Assembly (NCBI GenBank): GCA_051532055.1
Contig: JAOPTX010000009.1
Coordinates: 16,262-80,261, forward strand
Direction of reading: 5' to 3'
DNA length: 64,000 bases
Source of the DNA: Fibrobacterales bacterium
GTDB lineage: Bacteria > Fibrobacterota > Fibrobacteria > Fibrobacterales > JAOPTW01
Below, piece after piece: positions 47,543-57,606 of this stretch. Within the stretch, counting starts at the first letter, position 1; every line of letters starts with the position of its first letter. A program made the position numbers and the translations under genes. The notes under the pieces are model-generated. The model was not told the DNA's origin. It worked only from the letters and a program-made list of their open reading frames with translations, and did no database searches.

Positions 47543-49585
47543 TTAGTAGGGGCGCGCTTGTTTAATGTAGAGGTCTCTATTGACTCCATCTATTTTAAAC
47601 TCTACATCCATGGCAAAAGTTCGATAACTGAGTGATTCATTGGCGTTATAGATCTCGTAAAAATAGTCATTAATGGTACTGAGATGTTTGGCGAGCAGTA
47701 GGGTCTCAGGTTCTGAAAGAACGGGTTCGCCATCGGTGAGTGAGGAGTGAGTAACATAATCAATAACGGGTTCGGAAAAGGCATGAGGGGTATAGGTATA
47801 ATAGATAAACTGCTCAGTGGTTATACTGGGCTCAGGGGCAACGACCGACTCTTCTCCGAGTTGCACATTGATGGTGAGGGCGGGGAGCCCACTATTATAT
47901 AAGTTTGTGGTAATTGCCACTCCATTTGCTAATTCGTCGGGGAAGGATCGGTGCACTAAGAGGCCCATTCGGACTGATCGATGATCAATACCAAAGTATT
48001 CTCGTTCTTCATAGGCCCTTAAATTCCAGTTGCTGGCCCACACTTTTTTAATGGCACTATCGATTGGTTTTTCAGGATCATCGAGGTCTCCTGTTTTGGA
48101 GGTGTAGAGTCCGGCCCCATTAAATCCGGGGAGGTCTTCGGCATTGGTAGAAGATCTAAAGCGCATTCGACGGTGGGTGCCAAAAGATTCAATTTTATCG
48201 GAAACAAGTTGGAGAAAGCTTGAGTCTATGGGGGCTTCTCGAATCATATCACGGAGTTCTTTAAGGACAGCCTCTCGAACAACTATTGACTCTTTGAAGT
48301 CATCTCTATTAAGTATTTCAGTAATGGTACGGTCGAGATCATTTTGGGTAAGGTGCTGCTGATAATAATGAAAGGGAATAGCAAAGGAGGCTTCTGGAGT
48401 GGGGATTACCCCCACATCACGGGTATACAGTCGAGTGAGCTCAGAAAAGTTTGCCGCTTTGGCACCGACTATTGGAGTGCTATAGTGATCGAGATCTTCC
48501 ATATCAAAGAGCCCATCGGCACTGTCATTGGATTCGATGATAATCTCAGTCGATGGTTTTTGATCATTCCAAAAACGTTCAGCATCTAAGAGTGATGCTT
48601 TGTGAATAATAAAACTATCGGATCGTACTTCAAAGTATACCAGTTCATCGATGAGTGATTGAAGGCTTGTGTCACTCCAGGCATTTTTAAAAGCCATATT
48701 GGGAGTGTTACGGTTTTGACTGAGTACGTTAATATGACTGAGTGGGGTTTGGAATTCAGTCGTGATAATACCTGAGACTACTGAGATGTCATTGGGCACA
48801 CCATTGGTCAAAATGATGTCATGAGTATTATGGTAAGTATCCTCTGCAGAATCAACGTCCATCTTACGGAGATACCCATAGGTAGGAGCGAGATGGAGGG
48901 GTTGGTAGATTTGGCCTTTATAAATAGAATCCCGGTTCATTAGGGGGATCTCTTGAGCAAGAAGGTCATTGTGCCTTTGTAGATAGTTTGATACGGGCAT
49001 AAAGAAAAATGATTCTGAGAAATAGCTACTGTCAGCTATTGTGGTATAGAATGCAATAATGCCTTCTGCTGAAATTTCGTCTCTCGATGAAACCTCTAAG
49101 GTATAGATATCAAGGTCGGTATAGTGATTGACGACGCCTAAATACCACAGGCGGTCATCTGAATCTGAGTACTGAGTGTCGTTGAATTCAGCATGTCCTT
49201 CAGTGTATCCCAGTACTTCTGAACAAAAGTAGTAATGGAGGCGGTATGCATCAGTGTCGACAAAATAGATGCGCTCTTCGGCGATGTCATAGAGCACCTT
49301 TACTGATTGTACCCCACCAAATAATTTGGTAAGAGGGAGCCCTTGGAGTTGCATAAAGTCATCTGCACATCCGAGTTGAGTGAGATATGATTTGTTGGAT
49401 GCGGAAGGTATACTACAGGTGAATGACTCGGACGAGTAATCGGACGATTCATTTGAAGACTCAGAAGATGACACCGATGAAGAATTGTAGGATGAACTTC
49501 TTGAATCGTCACTACTTTCTGGAGTGATGGCCGAACTACTCACCGGTGAGGGTGACGAAGGGGAATCAAAAATACAGCCTGCCAT
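47543..49585 (-). CDS. PEP/pyruvate-binding (PPDK N-terminal ATP-grasp) domain protein, probable lipoprotein; true start upstream of 49585
   Basis: VGAKAANF, RFRSSTNAEDLPGFNGAGLY, KKVWAS, NGVAIT, DVEFK...QARP; no C-terminal PEP-binding barrel; MAGC + Ser-rich linker. Confidence 0.8.
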   Translation of the reverse strand: MAGCIFDSPSSPSPVSSSAITPESSDDSRSSSYNSSSVSSSESSNESSDYSSESFTCSIPSASNKSYLTQLGCADDFMQLQGLPLTKLFGGVQSVKVLYDIAEERIYFVDTDAYRLHYYFCSEVLGYTEGHAEFNDTQYSDSDDRLWYLGVVNHYTDLDIYTLEVSSRDEISAEGIIAFYTTIADSSYFSESFFFMPVSNYLQRHNDLLAQEIPLMNRDSIYKGQIYQPLHLAPTYGYLRKMDVDSAEDTYHNTHDIILTNGVPNDISVVSGIITTEFQTPLSHINVLSQNRNTPNMAFKNAWSDTSLQSLIDELVYFEVRSDSFIIHKASLLDAERFWNDQKPSTEIIIESNDSADGLFDMEDLDHYSTPIVGAKAANFSELTRLYTRDVGVIPTPEASFAIPFHYYQQHLTQNDLDRTITEILNRDDFKESIVVREAVLKELRDMIREAPIDSSFLQLVSDKIESFGTHRRMRFRSSTNAEDLPGFNGAGLYTSKTGDLDDPEKPIDSAIKKVWASNWNLRAYEEREYFGIDHRSVRMGLLVHRSFPDELANGVAITTNLYNSGLPALTINVQLGEESVVAPEPSITTEQFIYYTYTPHAFSEPVIDYVTHSSLTDGEPVLSEPETLLLAKHLSTINDYFYEIYNANESLSYRTFAMDVEFKIDGVNRDLYIKQARPY

Positions 49586-49801
49586 GAGCAGTACGATAGA
49601 TCCAAGTATAAGAGAACGAGCTAAGATAGGGTAGCCTGTTTAGGGGTCGTATACTAAAAATAGCCTAATAGATTGAGTTTTTCTCCCTAAGATACGGGAT
49701 AGGGCAAAATCTCGCTCTCATTTTGAGAGCGAGTGCGCCTTAATGGCTTTTTGGGCCCTTATTGGGTTTAACGGCGTAAATCGTGGTATTGATTGGTAAA
49801 T

Positions 49802-49837
49802 AATAAAGGCGACTGTAATTAAACAGTCGCCTTTATT
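49802..49837 (-). terminator. Intrinsic terminator
   Basis: AATAAAGGCGACTGT-N6-ACAGTCGCCTTTATT downstream of the 51696 gene. Confidence 0.75.
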
Positions 49838-49869
49838 CCCCCCCATACTGTGCTGTGTGTGCAGCGCAA

Positions 49870-51696
49870 TTACTCTTTTGGATTAAATCGTACGTTGTCT
49901 ATCATAAACTGCCCTGCTCCATTGTAGAGAGCGATAGATACAGATTTGATTGCATCTTTTTCGGCAGTGATATAGGTTCCGTTTCTGTCAGTTGAACTGA
50001 GTTGAGAATACCCAGGCTGTAGATCGATGGTTACTGTTTGCCACATATCTCCGAGCTCAAAATCCTTTTCAGGTTCAAGTTCAACAGAGTAACGGCTCCA
50101 GTTCATTTCAGGTGTTGCTTTTGAATCTTCTATGGAGACAACAAAGCGTACATTTTCTAAACCCCATGTCGTTTCGGTTGTGTCATGGAAGTTGAGTTCG
50201 AATGAAAGGGTGGCCATTTCTTTAATGTCTACATACGGTGCAGGAAAGGTAAAGTAAATACCACCACCACCAGCGCCAAGGTCCCAAAGCATATCATCTG
50301 CCGCGCCTTCTTGATCAGAAGGTTGCTCAGAGCCGCCACCATTCCAGAATGCTGTTTCGCTAATGAGTTGAAGTGCATCAGCATCATCAGTATAGATACC
50401 CATTGGATTAACGGTGCCGCCTTCGATAGCTACGTTAAACGTATAGCGTCTAAAGTTTTTTTGTCCGTCAGTAATTTCAATTTCAAAAGCATCTTGTGAA
50501 GCGTCAATTTTGTTTTTGTAGGTAAAAGATAACGTGCCATTACTTTCGCTAATAGATACTGAACCAAATGAAGGCTTAGTAATAGACGTCCATGTAGGCG
50601 CGTCATTTTCTGAGTCGATGTAGTCGAGCTCAATAGTTGTTGAACCGAGTGGTTTAGCAACCGTAATGTCTCGTGTGCCTTTTAAGATCGGTGAATTATT
50701 CTCTTCGTAACCGGTAAACCGAAGGTTGTCCATAAAGAGTGGGCTATCTTCTTCGAGACTGTTTGCAAGAAAATAAATTTTAGTGAACTCCCACTGCATT
50801 TCACTCCCAAATTCAGTGACAGGAATCGTAACACTGTGCCATGCATTATCGCTATAGCCACTTAATACATATGAACCAGAGAATATTTCGCCATCAAGAT
50901 TTTCAGACTCAACACGAATCTCAAAGTCTTGACTTGTTTTAATATCAAATTTCATATCAGAAACGGTACTGAGGTTACTGGTTGTCCAACCCTGGTTGTG
51001 AATCATGAAGAAACTGTTTGCAGCTGTACTGTCTTCGAGGAGTACACGTTGTACATTAAAGGCCCAACCATTGTTCCCTTCGGTTAGTTCTTCACAATCA
51101 AGTGAATCAGGTGTTGCCCAGCGGCCGAGTGCGCGGTTCTTTTTGTCGGTAAAGGTAGGGTTTCTATTTTGAAGCCCATTGTCATTCAGGGTAATGTTTG
51201 CCATTTTACTGTTATCAGGGAGGTCGCCATCAACAAAGATAGCATAGACTGGACCGTTGTCTGGTGAAGGGGTATAGGGATATGATCCTGTATGAGTGGG
51301 GCACTGTACTTGTTCAAAAACATTACTTGAGGTCTCACCGGGACGAATATATTTTTTCGAGCTACTGCTCCTTACTGGGTCAACAGAACCTTGACTCGAT
51401 TCGTCATCACCTGGTTCTTCGTCAGAAGAGTCTGGTTCGTCGCTACTCTCATCATCTTTAGGAACGCTCTCAGAAGAGAGGGTTGATCTATCGGTGTCAT
51501 CTTCAGATGATTCGATATCACGGTTATCAGCAAAACTTGAATTGAAAGAAGTAGTGTCATCAGAGCTTGTCTCATCGGTACTACTTTCATTAGATGAAAG
51601 GTCACTTGTTTCTTCTACGTTGGTTGGCTCTTTTCCACATCCAATAAATAAGGATAGAGCAGATACTAATATAAGTAGAGTAATAGAATGTTTCAT
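49870..51696 (-). CDS. Lipoprotein with two galactose-binding-like (CBM-like) domains separated by a cadherin/Ig-like domain
   Basis: FIGC; WHSVTIPVTEF...FMDNLRF and WQTVTIDL...FMIDNVRF; NNSP...DSEND...ITDG. Confidence 0.65.
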   Translation of the reverse strand: MKHSITLLILVSALSLFIGCGKEPTNVEETSDLSSNESSTDETSSDDTTSFNSSFADNRDIESSEDDTDRSTLSSESVPKDDESSDEPDSSDEEPGDDESSQGSVDPVRSSSSKKYIRPGETSSNVFEQVQCPTHTGSYPYTPSPDNGPVYAIFVDGDLPDNSKMANITLNDNGLQNRNPTFTDKKNRALGRWATPDSLDCEELTEGNNGWAFNVQRVLLEDSTAANSFFMIHNQGWTTSNLSTVSDMKFDIKTSQDFEIRVESENLDGEIFSGSYVLSGYSDNAWHSVTIPVTEFGSEMQWEFTKIYFLANSLEEDSPLFMDNLRFTGYEENNSPILKGTRDITVAKPLGSTTIELDYIDSENDAPTWTSITKPSFGSVSISESNGTLSFTYKNKIDASQDAFEIEITDGQKNFRRYTFNVAIEGGTVNPMGIYTDDADALQLISETAFWNGGGSEQPSDQEGAADDMLWDLGAGGGGIYFTFPAPYVDIKEMATLSFELNFHDTTETTWGLENVRFVVSIEDSKATPEMNWSRYSVELEPEKDFELGDMWQTVTIDLQPGYSQLSSTDRNGTYITAEKDAIKSVSIALYNGAGQFMIDNVRFNPKE

Positions 51697-52024
51697 TGCG
51701 CCCCCGCAGTGTGATTTTATGTTAGGTATAACTTAGATAATCATGATTCAGGAAGAATTTTATGGGTCGATTCTTTGGTGCCAAAGAGGGAGATCTGTTC
51801 AAAAAGTGTTGTTGCAACCCTAACCATGCCCCTTAGAGGGTGTGTTTTTCAATTTTCGGGTCAGATTAATGGATTAGAGTGGTTAAAGTGCTTAAAATGG
51901 CCTAAATAAGGGTTTATTAGTTGTAATACACTGGCTCTGAGTATAGTTTAGTGGGGGTGACGTACCATTAAGCGCAAAATAAGTCGTATTGGTACAGAGT
52001 TGCTGGGGACAATCGAGGGGATGT

Positions 52025-53965
52025 ATGCAACAATTTAGATCTATTATTATAGTGGCTGCTCTTATGCAATCACTGTTCATGCTTGTGGGGTGTTCAGAGA
52101 ATACTCCGTTATTAACTATTGAAGAGGCCGGCCCGCCGAGTAGTCAGGTTCTGTTGCAGTCATCGTCTCAAAAGTCGGGAACCGTATTAGATAGCACTCA
52201 ACGAGATAGTATCCAACATAATGATTCACTGGGAAATGCTTTGAGTTCAAGCCAATCAATGGGTACCTCGAGTTCATCTGAAATGCTGATACACGTGCCT
52301 GTAGAAATTGAGTTTATTGGTACTGAAGGTATTGTTGCCATTGATCTGACACAAAAGCGTGTTCTTTATTCGGAGCCTACTGAGGGGTATGATATTCCTT
52401 TAGCGTCTGATGGAAATATTCAGACCTATTGGTCGTCGGATAATTATAAAACTGATCCGTGGTATCAGGTTGATCTTGAAGGGTTCTACCGTATCACGAG
52501 TATTGCAGTAACGGCTCGACAAGATGAACCACGGCCACTGTATAGAGATAACCTTGCAGTGTGGGTTTCGAATGATCCCACCTTTTTTACTTATATAGAA
52601 ATCGGAAGAGTTGAAGGAAATGCCGATGTCGTGTATCCAGAGTTTGGTGTCTGGACATTGTCGGTAACGGCTCAAGAGAGTTATCGGTATGTGCGCATAC
52701 AACGCATTAATGATGCAGGGCACTTTAATGTTGCAGAGCTATCGGTTACCGGTGAACAAACGGGAGCGCTGTTGATGGTAAAAGCAGGAGCGCATCAAAA
52801 AGTCAGAGATACCAATAATAGTGGTTCTGAAAAAATATCGATACACGCTTCTATGACAAATGGACGCTACCAAATCGAAGAAATAGAGTGGACACTTGAC
52901 GGAAACAGTATTGGGTCTGATAGCTTGTTGAGTTATATGGCGCCGGTAGGAGTGCATACTTTTATTGTTAGCGTAACGGACGCCGCTGGTGATCAGGTAA
53001 GGGACTCGGTTGTTGTAGAGGTGACCAAAGGATTTGAGTTTGATCCCAATGCTGCATTTGTAGAGATCTCCAACTGGGATATGGCAAAGCGTATGGGTCG
53101 TGGTATAAATATGGGCAATACCCTTGAGGCTCGGAATGGCGAAGGTAGTTGGGCACCTGCAGCTGAGGAATATTATTTTGATGATTATAAAGAGGCGGGC
53201 TTTACCAATGTACGCATTCCTATTCATTGGGGGACGCGTATCAATGATGAAGGCATTGTCGACTCTGACTTTATGAATCGGATTGAAGAGATTGTTGACT
53301 GGTCTCTTTCGCGAGGATTGGTGACGATAATTAATACCCATCACGAAGAGTGGATCATAGAAGACTATACAGGGAATAAGGGGAAGCTCCTTAAAATCTG
53401 GGAACAGATTGGTGAGCGCTTTCAGGGTAAGAGCGAGAACCTAGTCTTTGAAGTATTTAATGAACCTCGTGACCCTATGGGCCCAGGTGATGTGACGGAT
53501 TTGAATCATGCAGTGGTAGCGGAAATTCGTAAAACTAATCCAAAACGAATTTGTATTATCACCGGTGATAATTGGGGCTATTTTAATGACCTTAAAACGG
53601 TTACCTGGCCTGATGATCCGTACATTATTGCATCACTGCACTACTATCATCCAAGTTCATTTACTCACGAGAAAGACCGTACCTGGGATGATACAGGAAC
53701 TATGTGGCAAAACCTTGATGGTATTTTGGAGTGGCTGCACGAAGAACGAGGAGTCCCCGGTTTTGTCGGTGAATTTGGCGTAAACCATGGTCAGTACGAT
53801 AAAGAGTGGGAATCGGTATTTCGTTTTTATAACACAACTACCGATGCCTTTAGTAAATGGGAAACACCCTATTCAGTATGGGATGATCATGGGTGGTATA
53901 AAATATACGATCGTAGAAACCGGACGTTTAATGATATAGTAGGGGCCCTACAGTGGGAGCATTAA
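52025..53965 (+). CDS. Lipoprotein: F5/8-C (CBM32-like) + PKD-like + GH5 (TmCel5A/GH5_25-like) endoglucanase (track start 51989)
   Basis: LVGC; TYWSS, WYQVDL, RYVRI; GRGINMGNTLEA, VRIPIHW, NTHH, NEP, HYY, VGEFG, WD. Confidence 0.85.
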   Translation: MQQFRSIIIVAALMQSLFMLVGCSENTPLLTIEEAGPPSSQVLLQSSSQKSGTVLDSTQRDSIQHNDSLGNALSSSQSMGTSSSSEMLIHVPVEIEFIGTEGIVAIDLTQKRVLYSEPTEGYDIPLASDGNIQTYWSSDNYKTDPWYQVDLEGFYRITSIAVTARQDEPRPLYRDNLAVWVSNDPTFFTYIEIGRVEGNADVVYPEFGVWTLSVTAQESYRYVRIQRINDAGHFNVAELSVTGEQTGALLMVKAGAHQKVRDTNNSGSEKISIHASMTNGRYQIEEIEWTLDGNSIGSDSLLSYMAPVGVHTFIVSVTDAAGDQVRDSVVVEVTKGFEFDPNAAFVEISNWDMAKRMGRGINMGNTLEARNGEGSWAPAAEEYYFDDYKEAGFTNVRIPIHWGTRINDEGIVDSDFMNRIEEIVDWSLSRGLVTIINTHHEEWIIEDYTGNKGKLLKIWEQIGERFQGKSENLVFEVFNEPRDPMGPGDVTDLNHAVVAEIRKTNPKRICIITGDNWGYFNDLKTVTWPDDPYIIASLHYYHPSSFTHEKDRTWDDTGTMWQNLDGILEWLHEERGVPGFVGEFGVNHGQYDKEWESVFRFYNTTTDAFSKWETPYSVWDDHGWYKIYDRRNRTFNDIVGALQWEH

Positions 53966-54010
53966 GTAATTATTAATCATCATAGCCCCTATTTTTAGTA
54001 TTTTAGGGTT

Positions 54011-55732
54011 ATGAATAGACTCTCATTATCTCAAAAAGTATTTATCGCTCTCATGGTCGTGTTTCTTATTCCGACTATTACTATTACCTTACAATCCCTT
54101 CACTGTGCATCAGAAGCTGTAGAAGACTTGCAGAAAGATGCCTTGCAGGCTCAGTTGAATATGATTGAGCGAGAGATTGATAACTGGGTATTTGAGCGTG
54201 TGACTGATTTACAATTGTGGCAGGAACATCAAAATTTATTAAAAATGCTGCCTGAGAATCACCAATCACACAGTCATTGGAAGCAAGATTCGAGTTACCA
54301 AAGTCTGTTTCTCTATGACAGCCAAGGGCTTTTGGTTCAGCGATTTGGTGAGTATCATACTGATAAGAAATCCTTGAAGCCTCACGAAATACAGCTGATT
54401 CAGAAAAAAGGATATGCGGTGATGGACTCGCTCCATACCCATGAGAAGGGGAGTTATAGTATTCATCTTGGGGTACGGGTTACTGAAGGGTCAACGGTGA
54501 CGGGCTATACTATGGCAGTGCTTAATATTTCAAAAACATTTCTTAATATCATTAATCAGGATGCTCAATCGAGTCCGTATAAAATATCAATTATTGGTGT
54601 GCTCAATCGATTCATTGTCGGTGATGAACAGTTGATTACTCAAAGTGACGTATCAACACTTCATGGCCAAGAGAATACTCTTATTCATTTTGAAAATGAT
54701 AGGGGGGAGGAGCGTATTGGGGTTGCCCGTGATCTACCTGATGTCCATATGCGATTAGTAGTGAGTGCAGATAAAATAAGAACTTTTAGCTGGATTACTA
54801 CGCTCCAACAGCGAGTGAGTATTACCATTGTCATAACCTTTATATTTGTCATACTTTTTGGCATTCTGATTGGTAAGGTTATTAGCAAGCCCTTTAAACG
54901 AATATTACGGTATGCCAACAAAGTGATCACCGGAGAACAGAGTGATATACTTGAAGAGACCCATGATAGAGAAGGGGACGTTGTTGTGCGTGCAATGAAT
55001 GAGATGATGCAGTCTCTGGATAAAGCCAATATAGAAATACGGCAACAGGCCACCTTGGTCGAGGTTGGAGAGATTACATCGAGTGTGGTTCATGAGTTTA
55101 GGAATCCCCTCTCGTCGGTGAAAATGAACTTGCAATCTCTGGTGCAATTCTGTAAGGACTCTAAGCCTTATAACTCGTTAAGTACGATTGCCCTAGAGCA
55201 GACCTTGAAGCTGGAAAATATGCTGACAGAGCTTCTCTCCTATGGTAAGCCTATTGTATTAGATAAAAAGTGCATATCCTTGGACAGGGTCAAAGAGGGT
55301 ATTGAGTTGGCTATTACCCCCATACAGCGTGCATACCAGTGTTCAGTTACCTTTAATAATGTATCCGGTGCTGGGTGTGTCTTTATAGATTTTGATAAAT
55401 TTTTGGGAGTGTTTGTTAATATCGTTGAAAATGCGGCGACCTGTACTGAGCACTGTGATATATTGATAGAATATTTTATAGAAGATGAGTGTGATGTGTG
55501 GGTGTTGAGTGATAGTGGGCCGGGTATACCGAGAAACTTGCTCCAGACATTGTTTAAGCCATTTGTAACCTCTCGTGATACAGGCACGGGATTAGGGTTG
55601 GCTATTACCCGGAAAATTGTACACTTACATGAAGGTTCTATTGTAGTAGAGAATGGCATTCAGGATACTCATGACTCGAATGGCGCAGTATTTACAATAC
55701 GCATTCCCAGAGATGAAAAGGCATGTAATTAA
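54011..55732 (+). CDS. Membrane sensor histidine kinase with His-rich Cache-like periplasmic domain and HAMP
   Basis: Two TM segments; HEFRNPL, NIVENA, DSGPG, GTGLGL. Confidence 0.9.
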   Translation: MNRLSLSQKVFIALMVVFLIPTITITLQSLHCASEAVEDLQKDALQAQLNMIEREIDNWVFERVTDLQLWQEHQNLLKMLPENHQSHSHWKQDSSYQSLFLYDSQGLLVQRFGEYHTDKKSLKPHEIQLIQKKGYAVMDSLHTHEKGSYSIHLGVRVTEGSTVTGYTMAVLNISKTFLNIINQDAQSSPYKISIIGVLNRFIVGDEQLITQSDVSTLHGQENTLIHFENDRGEERIGVARDLPDVHMRLVVSADKIRTFSWITTLQQRVSITIVITFIFVILFGILIGKVISKPFKRILRYANKVITGEQSDILEETHDREGDVVVRAMNEMMQSLDKANIEIRQQATLVEVGEITSSVVHEFRNPLSSVKMNLQSLVQFCKDSKPYNSLSTIALEQTLKLENMLTELLSYGKPIVLDKKCISLDRVKEGIELAITPIQRAYQCSVTFNNVSGAGCVFIDFDKFLGVFVNIVENAATCTEHCDILIEYFIEDECDVWVLSDSGPGIPRNLLQTLFKPFVTSRDTGTGLGLAITRKIVHLHEGSIVVENGIQDTHDSNGAVFTIRIPRDEKACN

Positions 55733-57090
55733 TGAATATTATAATAGTTGACGATGATAAGGCATTGGCCCAATCCCTTCAGATACAACTGGACTCACAG
55801 GGGCACACAGTTGCAATTGAGCATAATCCTGAAAAGGCCTTGGAGTTAGTAAAGCCGGGCTCCTATGATTTGATGCTCTTAGATTTGACCATGCCCGAAA
55901 TGAGTGGTATCGAAGTACTTAATACTCTGAAGGATATGAATCTTTCTATGAGTGTTATTGTTATTAGTGGCCGCCAGGATATGGAGTCGACTATTAAAGC
56001 GATTCAGCTGGGGGCCTTTGATTACTTACGAAAGCCTCTTGATATGGATGCGGTAACCCTAGGGGTCGAAAAAGTAAAATCACAACGCCTCTCTCAATTA
56101 CCCGTTATAGAGCTCGTTAATGAAGAGCAGATATCAACAAAAGAAATTGTAGGGAATGACCCTCGGATTATTGATATCCTGAAAAATATTGGATTACTTT
56201 CGCGCAATAAGGTGAGTGTTCTTATTACGGGTGAGAGTGGAACGGGTAAAGAACTTGTTGCTAAGGCACTCCATTCGAGTACTACTCCAAGTGAGCCTTT
56301 TATCGCAGTGAACTGCTCTGCTATAGTGGATACGCTTCTAGAGAGTGAACTCTTTGGTCATGTGAAGGGTGCATTTACGGGGGCGAATGAAGATAAGAAA
56401 GGGAAGCTTGAGTTGGCGGGTTCGGGTACGCTCTTCTTTGATGAAATTGGAGAAATGAGTATTACCCTACAGGCGAAATTATTGCGAGTACTCCAAGAAC
56501 AGGAGTTTGAACCAGTAGGCTCGGCCGAGACCAGACCTTTTAAAGCGCGTGCCCTTTTTGCAACCCATAGAGATTTATATAGCCTCATCAAAAGTGGTGG
56601 CTTTAGAGAGGATCTGTACTATAGAATTGCAGTAGCGACTCTTCAAGTGCCTTCACTGAGAGAACGAGAAAATGATATTGCCCAACTGGCTCATCATCTT
56701 CTTAAAAAAATAATAGTAAAGTACGATTTCTCTCCTGTCCAGTTATCCGAAGAAGCGGTGATTTTTTTAAAGGATCAACCCTGGATGGGTAATATTCGGG
56801 AACTCGAAAATACCTTGCTTCGCTCCATTTCATTAACTTCAAAAACACACCTTGGCCCTGAAGATATTAAAATTGGTGATATGCATGAACAGGCTCCTTC
56901 TGGTGTCACTGTAGACTCTGACTTTAACTATGAAATGTCTCTTGCTGAGCTTGAGTCCTGGTATATTAACAGTGTCTTAAAAAATATGGCTTGGAATATC
57001 ACTCATACAGCCAATGCCCTCGGTATCTCTCCAACGACCCTTCGGAAAAAAATCAAAGATTATGCAATAGAGCGTATACCCGGAAGCTGA
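55732..57090 (+). CDS. Sigma-54-dependent response regulator (NtrC/ZraR/AtoC type)
   Basis: REC; GESGTGKE, ESELFGH, GAFTGA, DEIGE, GNIREL; Fis HTH. Confidence 0.92.
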   Translation: MNIIIVDDDKALAQSLQIQLDSQGHTVAIEHNPEKALELVKPGSYDLMLLDLTMPEMSGIEVLNTLKDMNLSMSVIVISGRQDMESTIKAIQLGAFDYLRKPLDMDAVTLGVEKVKSQRLSQLPVIELVNEEQISTKEIVGNDPRIIDILKNIGLLSRNKVSVLITGESGTGKELVAKALHSSTTPSEPFIAVNCSAIVDTLLESELFGHVKGAFTGANEDKKGKLELAGSGTLFFDEIGEMSITLQAKLLRVLQEQEFEPVGSAETRPFKARALFATHRDLYSLIKSGGFREDLYYRIAVATLQVPSLRERENDIAQLAHHLLKKIIVKYDFSPVQLSEEAVIFLKDQPWMGNIRELENTLLRSISLTSKTHLGPEDIKIGDMHEQAPSGVTVDSDFNYEMSLAELESWYINSVLKNMAWNITHTANALGISPTTLRKKIKDYAIERIPGS

Positions 57091-57097
57091 TCACTGG

Positions 57098-57135
57098 TGA
57101 TCAGTAAATGATGACTACTCACCAGTTAATGGTGA
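57098..57135. promoter_or_regulatory. Two 17-bp enhancer (UAS) candidates, 21 bp apart
   Basis: TGATCAGTAAATGATGA (57098-57114) and palindromic TCACCA-GTTAA-TGGTGA (57119-57135). Confidence 0.6.
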
Positions 57136-57185
57136 CTCGTTAGTTCTTCATGGCTCTATATGGCGTGTATTCACCATTTTCTTTT

Positions 57186-57201
57186 TGGCATTAACTTTGC
57201 T
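57186..57201 (+). promoter_or_regulatory. Sigma-54 -24/-12 promoter
   Basis: TGGCATTAACTTTGCT: GG-N10-GC, 40 bp before the YHS gene. Confidence 0.8.
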
Positions 57202-57240
57202 TTTATCTATAAGTACCGAAACTAATGGAGGAACCATACA

Positions 57241-57528
57241 ATGAGAATCAATACAATTATCAAAAGCGTGATCACAATAGCTGTGTTGGGTGCTACAATG
57301 GCAGTAGCATCAACTACAGAATTAGTAGATCAAACGAGGTGCCCCGTAATGGGTGGTGTTATCAATGAATCAATCTATTCAGAATACAAGGATCAGAGAG
57401 TATATCACTGCTGTGGCATGTGTAAAACAGACTTTGCAAAAGACCCAGAAAAGTATCTTTTAATATTGAATGAGTCTGGACAGAAAGCGTTTGACCTTGC
57501 AGCTGATAGGGAGGATAATGATGAGTAA
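57241..57528 (+). CDS. Exported YHS-domain protein (metal binding)
   Basis: Signal peptide; CPVMG...YHCCGMC...F..DPEKY; GGAGG SD. Confidence 0.85.
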   Translation: MRINTIIKSVITIAVLGATMAVASTTELVDQTRCPVMGGVINESIYSEYKDQRVYHCCGMCKTDFAKDPEKYLLILNESGQKAFDLAADREDNDE

Positions 57529-57606
57529 GGATATACCTATGGCGAGTACTCAATCACTACTCGCTATTGTAATTAAAAAAATAAACCACATAAAAGAGGA
57601 GTTTGA

